Below are positions 25,101 through 37,591 of a stretch of 64,000 nt of DNA, in pieces. The notes beneath the pieces were generated by a model. The model worked only from the letters and a program-made list of their open reading frames with translations, did no database searches and was not told the origin of the DNA. A program made the position numbers and the translations under genes. Source of the DNA: Lepidodermella squamata (Eukaryota > Animalia > Gastrotricha); the NCBI GenBank assembly GCA_047495785.1, contig JBLDXI010000031.1, positions 1,426,001-1,490,000 of the forward strand, in the 5' to 3' direction. Every line of letters starts with the position of its first letter. The stretch's first letter is position 1.

Positions 25101-27237
25101 ACGTTTAAAGAGCTTCTGATTCCAAAATTCTCCAATGAATAATCGAATCCAAGTGGAAGAAATCATAATCCTAGTGTCTTAGGTGAACGGCGAATTTTCT
25201 GAAATTTTTCCTAATTTTGTCTTCAGCAGAAAAAAAGCCAGGCAGGTGACAGAAGGGTGGGAAATTGTACCTCTGACCTCTACATTGCCATAAAAATGTG
25301 AAAAAATTTAAATTAAAAAATTCTAATGCCCTAAGGAAAGACAAAACAACAAAATAGTTGAGAAGATTACGGCATATATTGAGGTAAGGGCTAAAATATT
25401 TTCAATATAGGAAGTCATACCCAAAAAACGTGTTTGCTTACTCGAAGATGATGAATTTATGTTTTTTAGGTCAGCACGGAGGTGAGTAAAATGTGGAAAA
25501 ATGTATACGAAAACAGTGACTATCTCACTCGCTCACTGAGTGGCGCGTGTTTGGTAGTATAGCGTTATAAGGTACCTAGCATAGGTTATACTAGTATATA
25601 TATAGATGATGCTTGTTGTTTTTAAGCATTATTTTTCCCGTAAAACTACAACAAGCTTATATCGCTGCCACTCGGCGGCTTTAATGCTCGTGTAGGTAGG
25701 TACATGCATACCTTAGGCCAAAACACTGCTTGCTCGAATGGTTATTCCTTTTAGTCTTACTATAGTTAGTTATATGACTGCAGTAATAATAGGGGCCACA
25801 TGACTACTATGAGCGCGTGCGCGCGCGCTTTATTCATATATGCGTGTAATAAAATATAACTAGAGTCTGAAAAAAATGATAATAATTTTTTTCGTCTCAT
25901 ATTTCAAGTCACTCGAGCGCGGCGGTCAAGTGAAAAAATGCGCAATTTTTGCGCTTCACTTGGGTCGTCTTTTTTTGAAAAAAATTCTATGCTAATAAAA
26001 AACGCAGAACGGCGAAAAAATATATTGCGTCTAATACCACGAAATCAAGTAAAAAAAAAAGAAAAATTCAAAGCATCGAATCCCAAGAGATGACGAAAAA
26101 ATGCACAGTGATGTACAGCTAATTAGTAGAGATGCTGGATTGACATCGGCACAGATAATCAACGTTTATTTTACATTAATTGATCAGCGCAAAAAGACTG
26201 CCTCTTGCTAGACTTAAATAATTGAAAAATGGTAATTTCGCTCAAAATGAACGAAAAGCGTTTCGAAATTCTACTAACGAAAAGCCCCTCGAAAAACTTC
26301 TAGATTATATAGAGACAAGCATTGAAAGAGGAAATTGATTAAGCGAGTATTATGCGATATTTTACGTCTGCGGCCAATTGTGGAACTTCCGGAATAGAAA
26401 AAATAAAACGAAAGTAAAAACGGATCAGCAATAAATTGATTTCGGTTATTCGGTTAGATTACTCAATAAACGATTGTCCAAAGTTTGAAACTATTAATGC
26501 GTAACTCCGTAGCCAGATTTTTAAAAAAAACAAAAAAAAATCCGAGAATTTGCCATGTTGGTGAAATTTGAAATGCCCAGGTGAAAGCATAAAGCAAATG
26601 GCAATACAACAATGAAGAATTAATTATTCGTAAATCTGTACCAGGGCCATTTTTAATGAGCAAGAAACATGGGGTAGCTTATGTTTTAGAGATGTACTCA
26701 GCTGGTAACTCCCACCTCGTTAACTCCCTACCCCATATATTACATATGAAAAAGTAGGTCAGTGCGCACAGTCGGCATTAGAGAATTTGATTTCCCCAAC
26801 GCGCGGCAGAATTAGGTCACGTTTTATTACAGGTAATATTGCAATAAAAGAAGTGACCTCTTATAGCACTATAACACGACAGTTGAGTATAAAACGGAGA
26901 AATTCAAAATAAAAAATTCATCGCTAAATAAAAAATACGGAACGAATATCAAGCTAGAGACATGATAACTAATTGGTGACTCATCTTTGATGTCTCGAGG
27001 AAAAGCCGCTGATTCACATTCGCGTGTCTTTTATACACAGGTGAGATAGACTTGAAATAGCTCTTCGCGCCTAATGGGATGAGAGGTCAAAAAACAAGTA
27101 AAAATAGTTACCAATCTTGCTTTTTATTCTTAAAATTGTCTCAACAGAAAAAATGAAAATAATTCTATCAAAATACAGGCGTGAAAACGAGAATGAGTTA
27201 AATATTATCATGATTGGAAGAATGCATCATATCTCAA

Positions 27238-30200
27238 TCAATCAGCTGTTTCTTCGGTCTCTTCGAGCAACGGCTCGCCCTGAAGAGCTCTTTCACTGTT
27301 CTCGCATAAAGACCTGCGTTGGTGTTGGTGTTTCGGTGTCATCATAATACCAGCCTGGTCATCATGCTCCTGCTTTCGCGATGAGTTAATTATAGGCGAG
27401 GATGATGATTCATCGTGTTCAGCATCTTCACCCTCGGCGTCATCGTCGGCGGCCTCGGCTATCATCGGCAGGCTGTTCGGGCTGACGAGGTCGCTGATGA
27501 TGGACGCGGCTGAGTTTTCGCGGTCACGGCTGAAATTGCTAGCGTATATTGGCGATTTATTATTGCGGTTTGACGCTGAATTTTCCGGGTTATTGTCGAA
27601 GTTGTTGCTCGTTGTTGTTGAGTCTGAAGGAACTGAGGTTAACTGATAGCCGCTGGTTCGTAGCAACCGCCGACAGTTGCAAATGAGAATTCCGAGCGAG
27701 ACGAGCGGGTTTTCGCTGAGAGCAACTTTTTCCGAAAACCCAACCTGCGAACAATTAAAAAAAAAATAACATATTATATTCATTTCGTGAAAGTATTTTA
27801 GAAATTTGAAATTATTCGATCAAATTATTTTCTTCGGATTTTTCATCAGTTTCTACCGTAAAAATCCGAAATCTTTATTCATCCGAAACTCAATTCCACG
27901 AAAAAACGAGGTCGCACCATTTTGATGCCTGGAAGATTCAGTCCCATAAAACTTGGATAATTGTTAGAATTGTTAGAATTTTCAAGAATTTTCAAGAAAA
28001 ACCTAAAATTCTAGAACTTTTCGGGCGAGATTTTATCCAGTTATAACCATAAAATCGATAAGTATTCCCGAAATCGGGAAAATTTTAAAAAATTGAACGG
28101 TTTTTAATGCTTTCAACCACCTCCCATATGGTCCCAAATTGTTCCGATTTTTTTGGGATTCCGATTGCGATTATCTATGAATCTGGAATTTATTTATTCC
28201 AACTACCTACTTGAACCCTTTCAGCCGTGTAGCAAATTTTCAGTACTGGCTTCGATGCCTACCGATATCAGACAAATCAGCGATTTGTAAAATCGATACT
28301 TGGAATCGATATATCGGCGCGAAGGCCTAACTACGACCGCAAACTGATTACCGAAAGTACGCGAAATTTGGAGATCGGCTGAGCTTAGAAAAAACTTGGA
28401 ATAAATATTTAGAATCCATTCGAGAACCATGCACTTGAAAAATCGAACAGCGTTAATTCTGAAGCCCGAAATTTACGTGGATTTTTAAATTTTCCAAGAG
28501 CGTATTATAGCATTCCAATTACGCTGTTCGGAAACAAATCTGATAATCGATCTGTACAATTTTTCGAAATTTTTTGATGTTCATATTTTTTATATCCTAT
28601 TAACTCCATCAAAACTATGGAAAATTCTTCAAAACGGGCGTGCCAAATGCGTACCCTACATTCAGGGTTCCAGCACTAAATTTGAGACTCCAGCACTAGA
28701 TCTCCCCTGAATATTGTTTTTCGAATTTCTAGTCTTCACTAGAATCTCAAAATTTTTGTTATCATGCCTAATCGATGGACCTTCATATTACGCGCATTTT
28801 GCCCTATGAGTGGTCTGTTTAAGAATTATACTTCATCCTATGGAGCAGATATCGATTCCAAGTATCGATTTTACAAATCAGTGATTTTCCCTATATCAGC
28901 CGTCTTGGAACCCAACATCGATAATTTTTCTAAGGGCACCATGTAGCTGGAATAAAAATCCTAGGTTCAGGGAAGGCATCAGTATCGATCATAAACCGAA
29001 AATTAAATCTGAAAAATGTAGTGCCAGGACGCTCAAATTTAGTGCTGGAGCCTCATTTTTAGTGGTGGAAATATTTGGACCCTTTCGAAACTTTAATTTT
29101 TCAACTATAATTCAAATAATTGTGAGAAATTTGTAAAAATCGAAATCTGAACTTTACCTCGATGAAGTATTCAAGATCCATGATGTCTGAGTGAAAGGAC
29201 GGCGTAACTGCTGGCAGGGTGCAGCTGACCTGCGCCCACACGCGCGCCTCATTGCCCTCGAGCCGGCACAAATCAGCGGCGGGCGACAGCACCCATTCGA
29301 CCAAGCTCCGCTTCACGCTTTTGCCAACAAGACTGCGGCCGTAGAAATTCTGCCGCTGGACGAGTTTCACAAACGGCTTCACCGAACGGGCTGATTCGTT
29401 TTTAAAGGCAACATTCAGCCGAACTACGTCGCCGTCATGGTGGTACAGTCGCCGGTCGATTGTTGCTTTAATTGACCGAGAGCCGAACGGTATACAGCCG
29501 AGCAGGTCCTGAGCGCTGTGGTTTGACCGGGTAAATGGTTTCAGGAAGCTTTTCGGCGTGGTTCGATCGACATTTTCCGTGTTTTCAAATGCGGCGTCCA
29601 ACTCGGCTTCCGTCGTGATTTCTTGCATTTTGACGATGAAGTACGCTTTGATAGGCGACATTTGCGCGTATTTCGCGCACACTCGGTAACGGATGAAGCC
29701 GTGTTTGCCTTCGAAAGACGGCGGTAAACTGAAAAATATAAATTGAAAAATAAGTAAAAATTTCCGAAAAAAGAAATTTTTTAATTTGAAATTTCAATTG
29801 GAATTCTTGAAATTTAAAAAATGAAATGAATCTATTTCTGAAATTGGACTTTAAATTGAAATTCAGTACCTAAGAATTAAATTTTCAAAATTTTGAATTT
29901 AACGAATTTTTTATATTTTCAATTCATTTTTCAAAATTTTCAAAATTTGAGGAGTTGGTTCCGGATTTGATTTTTATTTATTTATTGATTTTAATTTGCT
30001 CTTTAAAATTGTTTAACTCACTAGTCCGGCAGTGAAAATTTGAATGGGAACGTGTGAACTCCGAAATGCGACCCGGCCGGTACGCAAAAATCGGCGAATT
30101 CGTGTAGAAAAACGTTTTCGTTGTTAATCAAAGTCGCCGAATTCTCTGCAATGCCACTGCTGCCGCGCCATCGCGTTTTGCCGTAACCCTCCAAGCGTGT

Positions 30201-30596
30201 CCGTATCGTGATAGGCGCCGGCGTGGTTTTACCCTTTGCCATATCAATCGCATGCGGCTCGTGTATCAATTTCGAGCCGATTTTCGGCGATGAGTTCGCG
30301 GTTTGATCCTCATCCGCCGTCACGGTTGGGTGGCTCTGACCACCGTGACGGTTGAAGCCATCAGCCATATCGCGTATCGATGAAGGCTTCACGCGCGAAA
30401 ATGCCTTGTCAGCAAGTTCGACCTGAAGAATTCCGGTGACGAAATCGCCGGGTTGGAAAGACGCCGGGGTCGTAGTAGGGTTGTCGCATTGAAATTTCGA
30501 CGATAGCTTGCTGGCGAGGGGCTTTTTCGCTGCAGGGTTACTCGAATCTGGATCTGCGTCGAAAAATTGTATGCGAATCGATTTTATTTTAGCCAT
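27238..30596 (-). CDS. Divergent alpha-arrestin 5; exons approx. 30596-30022, 29728-29158, ~27745-27238
   Basis: FQPGDFVTG, LEGYGKTRW, HTFPFKFSLPD-YLPPSFEGKHGFIRYRV, PFVKLVQRQ, LPAVTPSFHS, LEYFIEV. Closest to arrestins 3 and 4. Confidence 0.85.
28663..29055. mobile_element. MITE-like element (CAGGG-type end) in arrestin 5 intron; a related end occurs at ~22503
   Basis: Left CAGGGTTCCAGCACTAAATTTGAGACTCCAGCACTA versus reverse complement of right GAGGCTCCAGCACTAAATTTGAGCGTCCTGGCACTA. Confidence 0.55.
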
Positions 30597-33467
30597 CTTA
30601 TTAATTTTCTAAATAAATTATAAAAAAATGGTATTATATTGAAAAATTGGAACAATTCGAAGCGAATGAAACATCGAACGAACAAGATTTTTAAATTTAA
30701 CTTTGAATAATTCGGGAAAACTTCAAGTCTAATAATGAGAATAAAAAAAGCGCATCGAAATTTTATGATATTTTATAAAAGCATGATAAAGCCTCTGAAG
30801 GTCAATAGAATGGATTTATAGGTACAATTAAGCAGAAGATTCTATCGCAATTTCTTTGAATTTTCAGGATCAGTTATAAAATCCTCAAAAAACGTATTTT
30901 GGATGATTTCCAAGTTCATTATATTGGTATTGAAGCTTACATCCGCTTTTGGAGATGAATATAATTTGGGGCCCCGGGATGGATCTTTATAGGTGTTCAG
31001 CGGAAGCTATATTTTAGAGGCGGATTTTCTTAAAGCGGAAATGTCCTTGGCGGAAGTCGAGTAACCGGAAATGCCAAGGCGATAAGTAGGCAGAACCTTA
31101 TAAATTTACATACAATTGTGGTTATTTGGTTAGATTTCATAACATCAGTTTTATAACATCAACATAAATCATAAATATTGACTGCGTTTTTAATGTTTGA
31201 ACATAGGAGATCCGATGAATTATGAAAGGAATCGAATGTAATTAGCCGCTATAGTAGTTCAGCAGTAAAGGAGAGTCTGTGTTAATAATAGAAAAAGGTA
31301 AAGCTAATGAAACCTCCTGGAATTAGCTGACGGCAAAGATGAGATAAGATGATAAGAAGATGACATCGCCATCCAGACTTATAATACGAAAAAGGATGTA
31401 CGAATAGCAATTTTCACAAAGATTTCGAATGAAAAACATTCACAGTAAAAAGGTTCGCTATTTAGCACGGCCGGTTATTTGGAATAAAAATCAAACAATT
31501 TCGAATCTCATAAACCAGGAAACTATTTAGAATTATCGGGGGTTATTTATCTTGAGCTGAAATGGGGTTTGGGCTTTGGGCTGAACAAAATTAGGTGATC
31601 ACGAAAACCGGTTATTTTTTACTTTTTATCGAAAAACTTGGTATTATTTATCGGCTCGAATTTCATTTTTTGGTCATGAGAAGCTTCAACTTAAATTTTA
31701 AGGATAAATAAGGAGGCTCACAGGGTCCTAAATACCCGAGTAAAAGTCGGTTAATTTAGCGTCTAAATGGCGAACCATTTTCATAGTGTAACATTGCAAA
31801 ACAGAATTCTTGGCGGAGCAAAATATCGAAACTTTCGAAAAATCACTACAATTGTACATATCTCAAACTTTGCCAGAATTCCAGATACAATCTGCCTTAT
31901 AGTTGTAGGCATGCCTTTTCAATATTGCCAACATCTTTTCACATCTATAAATGTGATTCCTAAATATAGGAAAAATTCCTTCCTGATCGATTAATCGGTA
32001 AAATTACACCGATACTAGATACTACCTGTACCCGTGCATGGTTATTAATGAAAAAGATGGAATGATCTTTGCTAGAGGTCATTTTTTTGCAAGCTTCGGA
32101 AAACAATTTGACCAAGTTGCCCTTATTACGGTATTTGGATTTATCGGCTGAAGTTGGCATTAATTTCGAAACTAAAAACTGAAAGCCTAAAAAAAATATT
32201 GAAGAAATATCAACAAAATGTTGCTTGAATGATTTTGTAAAATAAATACCTATAGCCTATAGCCGCGTATTCCGATAAATAAATAGCCTAAATTAGGGTA
32301 AAATGGCCTATATTTACAGTGAATAGGGCAAACACGGACAATTAGGTCGGCGAAAGGCAGCGATAAAGGAGTGCTTTTTCCTTATTCTGCATTCTATACT
32401 CAGTTTTCACGCTCGTGATACTATATGTAATATACCTAATTTTCAGTAAAAAGGATGTGCACCTAAAAGCGGCGTGCAAACACACACCGGCCAACGTCTT
32501 TCACTCATCGTAGTAGCTCTCATGTGTAGTAATTCTTTAGTAATTCCTTAGTAATTTCACATATATTACGATTGCTACTTTATCAGTGCTTACGATAATG
32601 CTATATAGCTGCTACACTATACGTCATTCTCACACGCAATTTGTATTATAATGCAAATTGGAATATTTTTTAGAAATAATAATATTATTATTCATGACTT
32701 TTCATGGCGTTATAAAAAACTGCCGGCCTGTGTGGGGCGTTTTTTCACTGAAAATAACAAAAATTTGTTTGGGGAAAAATACATAATATAGCTCGAGGGC
32801 TACGTCTTCGCCTCCTACTCACGTTTTACAGTCAAAAAAGCAAAGCAGTCACGTGGCGGCTCACCTTATTAGGTCACGTGAGTGAGCGCGTGCCTAATTT
32901 TCAGATAATTAATGGTCATTAAAATAAAAAGAAAAAATTGACCATGATAAGTTTCGAAAAATAATAATGGAATAAAAATATGAAATCCGTATATTATATG
33001 TATAGCGATAGATATTGAAGCTTGGAAAGCTGGGAAAAAATCGGTAAAAATTGGGTTTTTGAAAGCTACGCGCCTAGCATATAGATCTCCCATATGACTC
33101 ATTGAGACGACACTCGGCGAAATATGCATGCGGGTTCCAATATCGACCGCTTCATGCTGTTTTTTACTATGCAAATGTGTTTTCGTCAAGGATAAGGACT
33201 GCACCGGCTATAATATGAATGAAGTTGTTCGCACTGCGATGCGGTCTCATGGGATATATATATGCAAGTGCTACCGTAAATTGGGGCAAAATGGCCGCGG
33301 GAAAAAAATGACCCCCTGTTTTTTTCGCATTTTTACACGTTTCAGAGGGTCCTGATTCCGATTTTATAGGAAGCTCATTTTGCCCCAGGTTTGGGGCAAA
33401 TTGGACAGGTGTTTTGGGGCTAATTGGCCACCCTTATCCTTATAATGGGTTTTTAATATTTGATGAT

Positions 33468-33564
33468 TGTGAGGGTTGAATGGTCGAGTGGTTGTGATGC
33501 GTCATCAGAACTTGAGTGATCTGATGAGCGACGGTTCGAATCCTCATAAAGTAGCATTTTTTTT
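33468..33564 (+). ncRNA. Putative Pol III small RNA unit (tRNA-derived SINE head or vault-like), left copy
   Basis: A-box TGGTCGAGTGG 33481-33491, B-box GGTTCGAATCC 33533-33543, T8 terminator 33557-33564. No cloverleaf can be formed. Confidence 0.45.
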
Positions 33565-33770
33565 GCTACGCATTTAATTTTTAATTTTTTGGTTTCAATT
33601 GTCCATTTTACTAATAATTTTTGATTAGTTTCTCCGTTTTTTCTGATAGTTTTACTGCTGAGCAACTTTTAAACGCCTCCCGAACAAAAGAAATGCCCGG
33701 GATACGTGGTGTTAGTAGAATAATTAAAATGGAAAATTAACAGAAAAAATTAAAAAATTAAATGCGTAGC

Positions 33771-33869
33771 AAAAAAAATGCTACTTTATGAGGATTCGAA
33801 CCGTCGCCCATCAGATCACTCGCAAGCTCTGATGACGCATCACAACCACTCGACCATTCAACCCTCACA
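33771..33869 (-). ncRNA. Putative Pol III small RNA unit, right (mirror) copy
   Basis: Reverse-strand A-box 33856-33846, B-box 33802-33792, T8 at 33778-33771. Confidence 0.45.
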
Positions 33870-34570
33870 ATCATCAAATATTAAAAACCCATTATAATGA
33901 TAAGGGTGGCCAATTAGCCCCCATCATTGAGTTTTCCATGGGGTAATTTGGCCACAATCACCTAGCCATACCTGTGCATCGCCTGGGGTCGCGGTTTTTT
34001 TTGCTGTCATCTACGACGAAAATGGTCGAAGGAAAAAATTTCATCTGAACATCAAACCTTGTGATTGGCTCCAGGTAATTCAATTTAGAGGAGTCGTTTT
34101 TACCTCCCTAAACTCACCTTTAAACAACAACATGCTGTGACCTCATTCCGGGACATACCTGGCTGAAAATTTACAGGCTTGTAAAAGGCTTGTTGATAAT
34201 CTTCCCCGTAAATTTTTGTGAAGTTTTATCTTGTAGTTTTTGAGCTATCGATAAAAATGTGAAAACCTCAATTTTTGGCCAATTAGCCCCAAATTTCCTA
34301 CCCTGGGGCAAGCAAAATGAACCAGCGGTTCATTTTGCCCCAAATGACGGTATATGTATTGTTTGCTCAAAATGGCTGCGGAAATTTCATGCAGCGTGTC
34401 ACACACTCAAATGAAAAGTATGCAGTGGGATAGGTTAAAAACTAAATTCAACTACAGTCATCAAAATATTGAAATTTATTCCGAAAAATATCTTAAAAAT
34501 ACTTTTTGGATGAACTAATAATGCTGATAAACTTTGTCTTTGAGAGCGGCAACATTGCTGTCACAGAATT

Positions 34571-34700
34571 CGAAAAAATCACTCAAGCGTGACGACCCGG
34601 TTGACAAAACTTGACACTACAAAATCTCAAAAATGATAACCAAGCGTTTCAGAATTTTGTTAAATGATTTCACCCGGGTCGTCACGCTTCGATGATTTTC
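34571..34700. repeat. Short inverted repeat or tiny MITE-like element
   Basis: AAGCGTGACGACCCGG (34585) and its reverse complement CCGGGTCGTCACGCTT (ending 34689), with imperfect extension on both sides. Confidence 0.6.
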
Positions 34701-34828
34701 ATTCTTCGGCAAACTTGATCAACATAACGAAAGCTTCCGGTACTCATCGACCCGTGATTAACCAGCGATTTCTAACTTCATCGTGCAATGACTTTGAGAA
34801 TCATACATTTTATTGAGTTCAAAATCCG

Positions 34829-36324
34829 TTAAGAGTATCCATTTTTACGCAGGGTTGACAATATGTCATCGGGCGAGTATGGAAAAAACGGCCCTGGGTA
34901 CGTCCCGAGCTTGTGGGCGAAGAAGTCGAACTCAAACTGCCGCCAAACTGCGATGTAGTGAAAAGATATCGGCCGATCAGAGCAACACTCGTCTCCGAAC
35001 ACGAAGCCGTAACGATCAGCAGCCCGCATCCAAATCGCTTGTTTCAACTCGGGCTGCAGGCTGTCGGCGGCTGAGAGGTAGTGGAAGCGTTGTCGTAGCT
35101 TTGTGTCACGTGACTCTGCTAATTTGACGCCTGCTGTTTCCAGGCATCGACACATGTTAACATCCTCGAACTTCATGGTTCTCGAGTCTGTTGGGCCTGG
35201 GCATTTTTCAGTATCATTTTGGGTAGAGAAGCCATTTTCGATCAGTTGCCGCACTCCTTGGCGGGAGATTACGTAACCAGACCCGCCTCCGACGAAAATT
35301 CGGCCGTGTTTAGTTTCGTAGATGTGTCGACCGGTGTAGATTGGCTCGTTCGGGTTGAAATGAGTGCCTAGGAAGAGTTTCAGGTTCTCCATGAAAACGA
35401 AAGTGTCATCATCGGTTTTCAGGAACCAGTCGAATTCGTCCAGAAGTTGAGGTGTTGCGGCGACCCATTCAAAAGCTGAGCGCACCTAATGAATCATGAA
35501 TAAAAGTAAAGGAGGGAGCTCTAAATAAATGTGCATCATGATTTTAAGATTGTTACAGAAAGATTCACTTCATGACCTTATTCTTTTCTGAATTCTGAAT
35601 TCTGAATGCTAATCCTATTCTTATTCCTATTATTCCAACTCCTATTCCTATTCCTATTCCTATTCATATTCCTATTCCTTTCCCTACTCCTATTCCTATT
35701 CCTATTATTTCTATTCCTATTCCTAGTATTCCTATTCCTATTCCTATTATTTCTATTCCTATTCCTAGTATTCCTATTCCTATTCCTATTATTCCTATTC
35801 CTATTCCTATTCCTATTCCTATTCCTATTCCTATTCCTATTCCTATTCCTATTGAAAAATCATCGATGATTGCTGCAGCTATTCTTTCAATAATCTGCAC
35901 ATGTGATTAAAATTTCAGCTAAAAGCTGACCTTTGGCCATAGTTGGTCGTAGTAAGGATTTGAGCTAAAGTTGCGAGCCCCTAGCTTCCAGTCATCCGCG
36001 TCGCTCACAAACAGCAACCGATCACACTTTCGTCCCCAGGTGTCTCTGACAGGCTCAGCTCGCAGTCTATGGTATCGCTGAGTTGTAACAACCAAACACA
36101 TCACCTTCACCCTTGACATCACCGCAGAATACGCTTCATGGGACAGAGATTGGTCTAAATCAAAGTAAGATGCATTATCTCAGAAAAAATGGATTCGGGC
36201 ACATACCTGACCATTCGAAGATGAGACGTATCAAAAACCCGAGGAGAAATCCAATTGAAACAAGCCCGAAGCTGAGAAGTCCGTATTTCACAGCTAAACT
36301 TACAGGCAACGTAAATACGCGCAT
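34829..36324 (-). CDS. C1GALT1-like beta-1,3-galactosyltransferase (GT31/Fringe-like), copy A; exons approx. 36324-36207, ~36153-35931, 35485-34829
   Basis: N-terminal TM segment, TWGRKCDRLLFVS, LWPK-VRSAFEW, DWFLKTDDDTF, GGGSGYVISR, EDVNMCRCL, CCSDRPISFHY. Confidence 0.88.
35612..35852 (+). repeat. (ATTCCT)n microsatellite in the last intron of copy A
   Basis: Directly visible hexamer array. Confidence 0.95.
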
Positions 36325-36507
36325 TACATGTTGGAAGGAGAAAGCATTACCAGCTATTGTTCACATAAAATGCTGCGTTACTACAATCGCAATAACAACA
36401 ACGGGCACAGCCAAGGTCCCTTGGTGCAATCCCCTTGAGTGGGATGCTGAGAAAGTTAAAGGAACAGTAAGATAACGGTATTGGTTCTTGGATTTGAGCC
36501 CAATTAA

Positions 36508-37532
36508 TCACTCGAAAGCATTTCCTCTGCCGAATACCGAGAGCTCATAGGTCGAAAAGTATACGTCAACCATGTGTCGCCACCGTATTTTATGAAAAGA
36601 AACAGCCAGATCAGAGATGCCAGCCTCTAGTCCATATCGATCGTAATACTCCATCCACCGGCTTTCGTTTGAATTCGGTAACAAATGAGAACCAGGTGAT
36701 AGATGATTGAATCTTTGCTGCTTGAAGTGGTCACGTGACTCGACCAACTCAACATCGGCGGCTTTGAAACAACGGCCCATGTTGACGTCTTCAAAAGGCA
36801 TGCTGACGAAATCTTCCGATCCAGGACATTTCTCGGCGTCGTTTTGGATCGAAAATCCTCTTTCAACGAGATCTTTCAGTCCCTGGCGGGATATAACATA
36901 ACCAGGACCTCCGGCGGCGTAAAATTCGTTTCCTGAACCCATAGGATCATAAGCATGGCGACCGATAAAGACAGACTGATCCGGATTATGGTTCATCGCA
37001 AGGAAAAGCTTCAGGTTTTCGATAAACACAAATGTATCATCATCCGCCTTTAGGATCCAGTCGTATTTTTCAAATAAACATTCTTGGTAAACCCATTCAA
37101 AAGCTCCTCGAACCTTGAAAATCGTATTTTAGATTCCCTGGGTAAAAATACAGAATTATGACTCACCTTGGCCCATAATTTGTTGTAAGCAGGTGCTCCG
37201 AAATTTTTAGATCCCAGGCTAGAATCGTCAAAGTCTGAGACAAAAATGAGACCGTCGCATTTACGGCCCCAAGTTTCGTTAACGCTAACAGCTCGAGTGT
37301 AGTGATAGTCTTTAGTCGTGATAACAAGACAAAGCAGCTTGACATCCTTCATCACTTTTCGAAAAATTGCGGCACGGTCGGAAGTTCCAAAGTATCGAGG
37401 AAGAAGACTCGCGACATATTCAGATTCTGAATCAAACTTAGATGATTGAAAAGCCCAGCCGATGAAGATTCCCAATAACAGACAGAACGTGTATGCAAGC
37501 CATTGATTGCTGTTCCAGAAACTAATAAGCAT
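36508..37532 (-). CDS. C1GALT1-like copy B; exons approx. 37532-37167 and 37113-36508 (a small extra 3' exon to ~36347 is possible)
   Basis: TM segment, TWGRKCDGLIFVS, LWAK-VRGAFEW, DWILKADDDTF, GGPGYVISR, EDVNMGRCF, VSFH. Confidence 0.85.
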
Positions 37533-37591
37533 AAAATTCTATATTGAAAAAGCAATAGAAGTGATTTCATTTAAGTTTTTTATTGTCTAAT

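Larger units (their letters stand above)
33416..33921. repeat. Long inverted repeat: ~175-bp arms (33416-33590 and 33744-33921) with a ~150-bp spacer
   Basis: The arms are near-perfect reverse complements with only a few substitutions and small indels. Confidence 0.95.
33274..34350. mobile_element. Non-autonomous Tc1/mariner-superfamily (Tc2/pogo-like) element, 1077 bp, TA target duplication
   Basis: TA|CCGTAAATTGGGGCAAAATG ... CATTTTGCCCCAAATGACGG|TA. CCGT termini are typical of Tc2-like elements. Internal TTGGGGC/GCCCCAA sub-repeats; no transposase ORF. Confidence 0.72.

Noticed and set aside
22140-27230. Short ORFs in AT-rich intergenic DNA (also 31-33 kb and 58.5-59.9 kb)
   Set aside because: Low-complexity F/I/K/L-rich translations with no splice or domain support.
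33474-33553. Functional tRNA gene (Ser/Leu-like A-box, TTCGAAT loop)
   Set aside because: The acceptor and T stems do not pair and there is no 7-nt anticodon loop. Reported as a Pol III-like unit instead.
35606-35900. ORFs encoding poly-LF and poly-IG peptides
   Set aside because: These are translations of the intronic (ATTCCT)n microsatellite.
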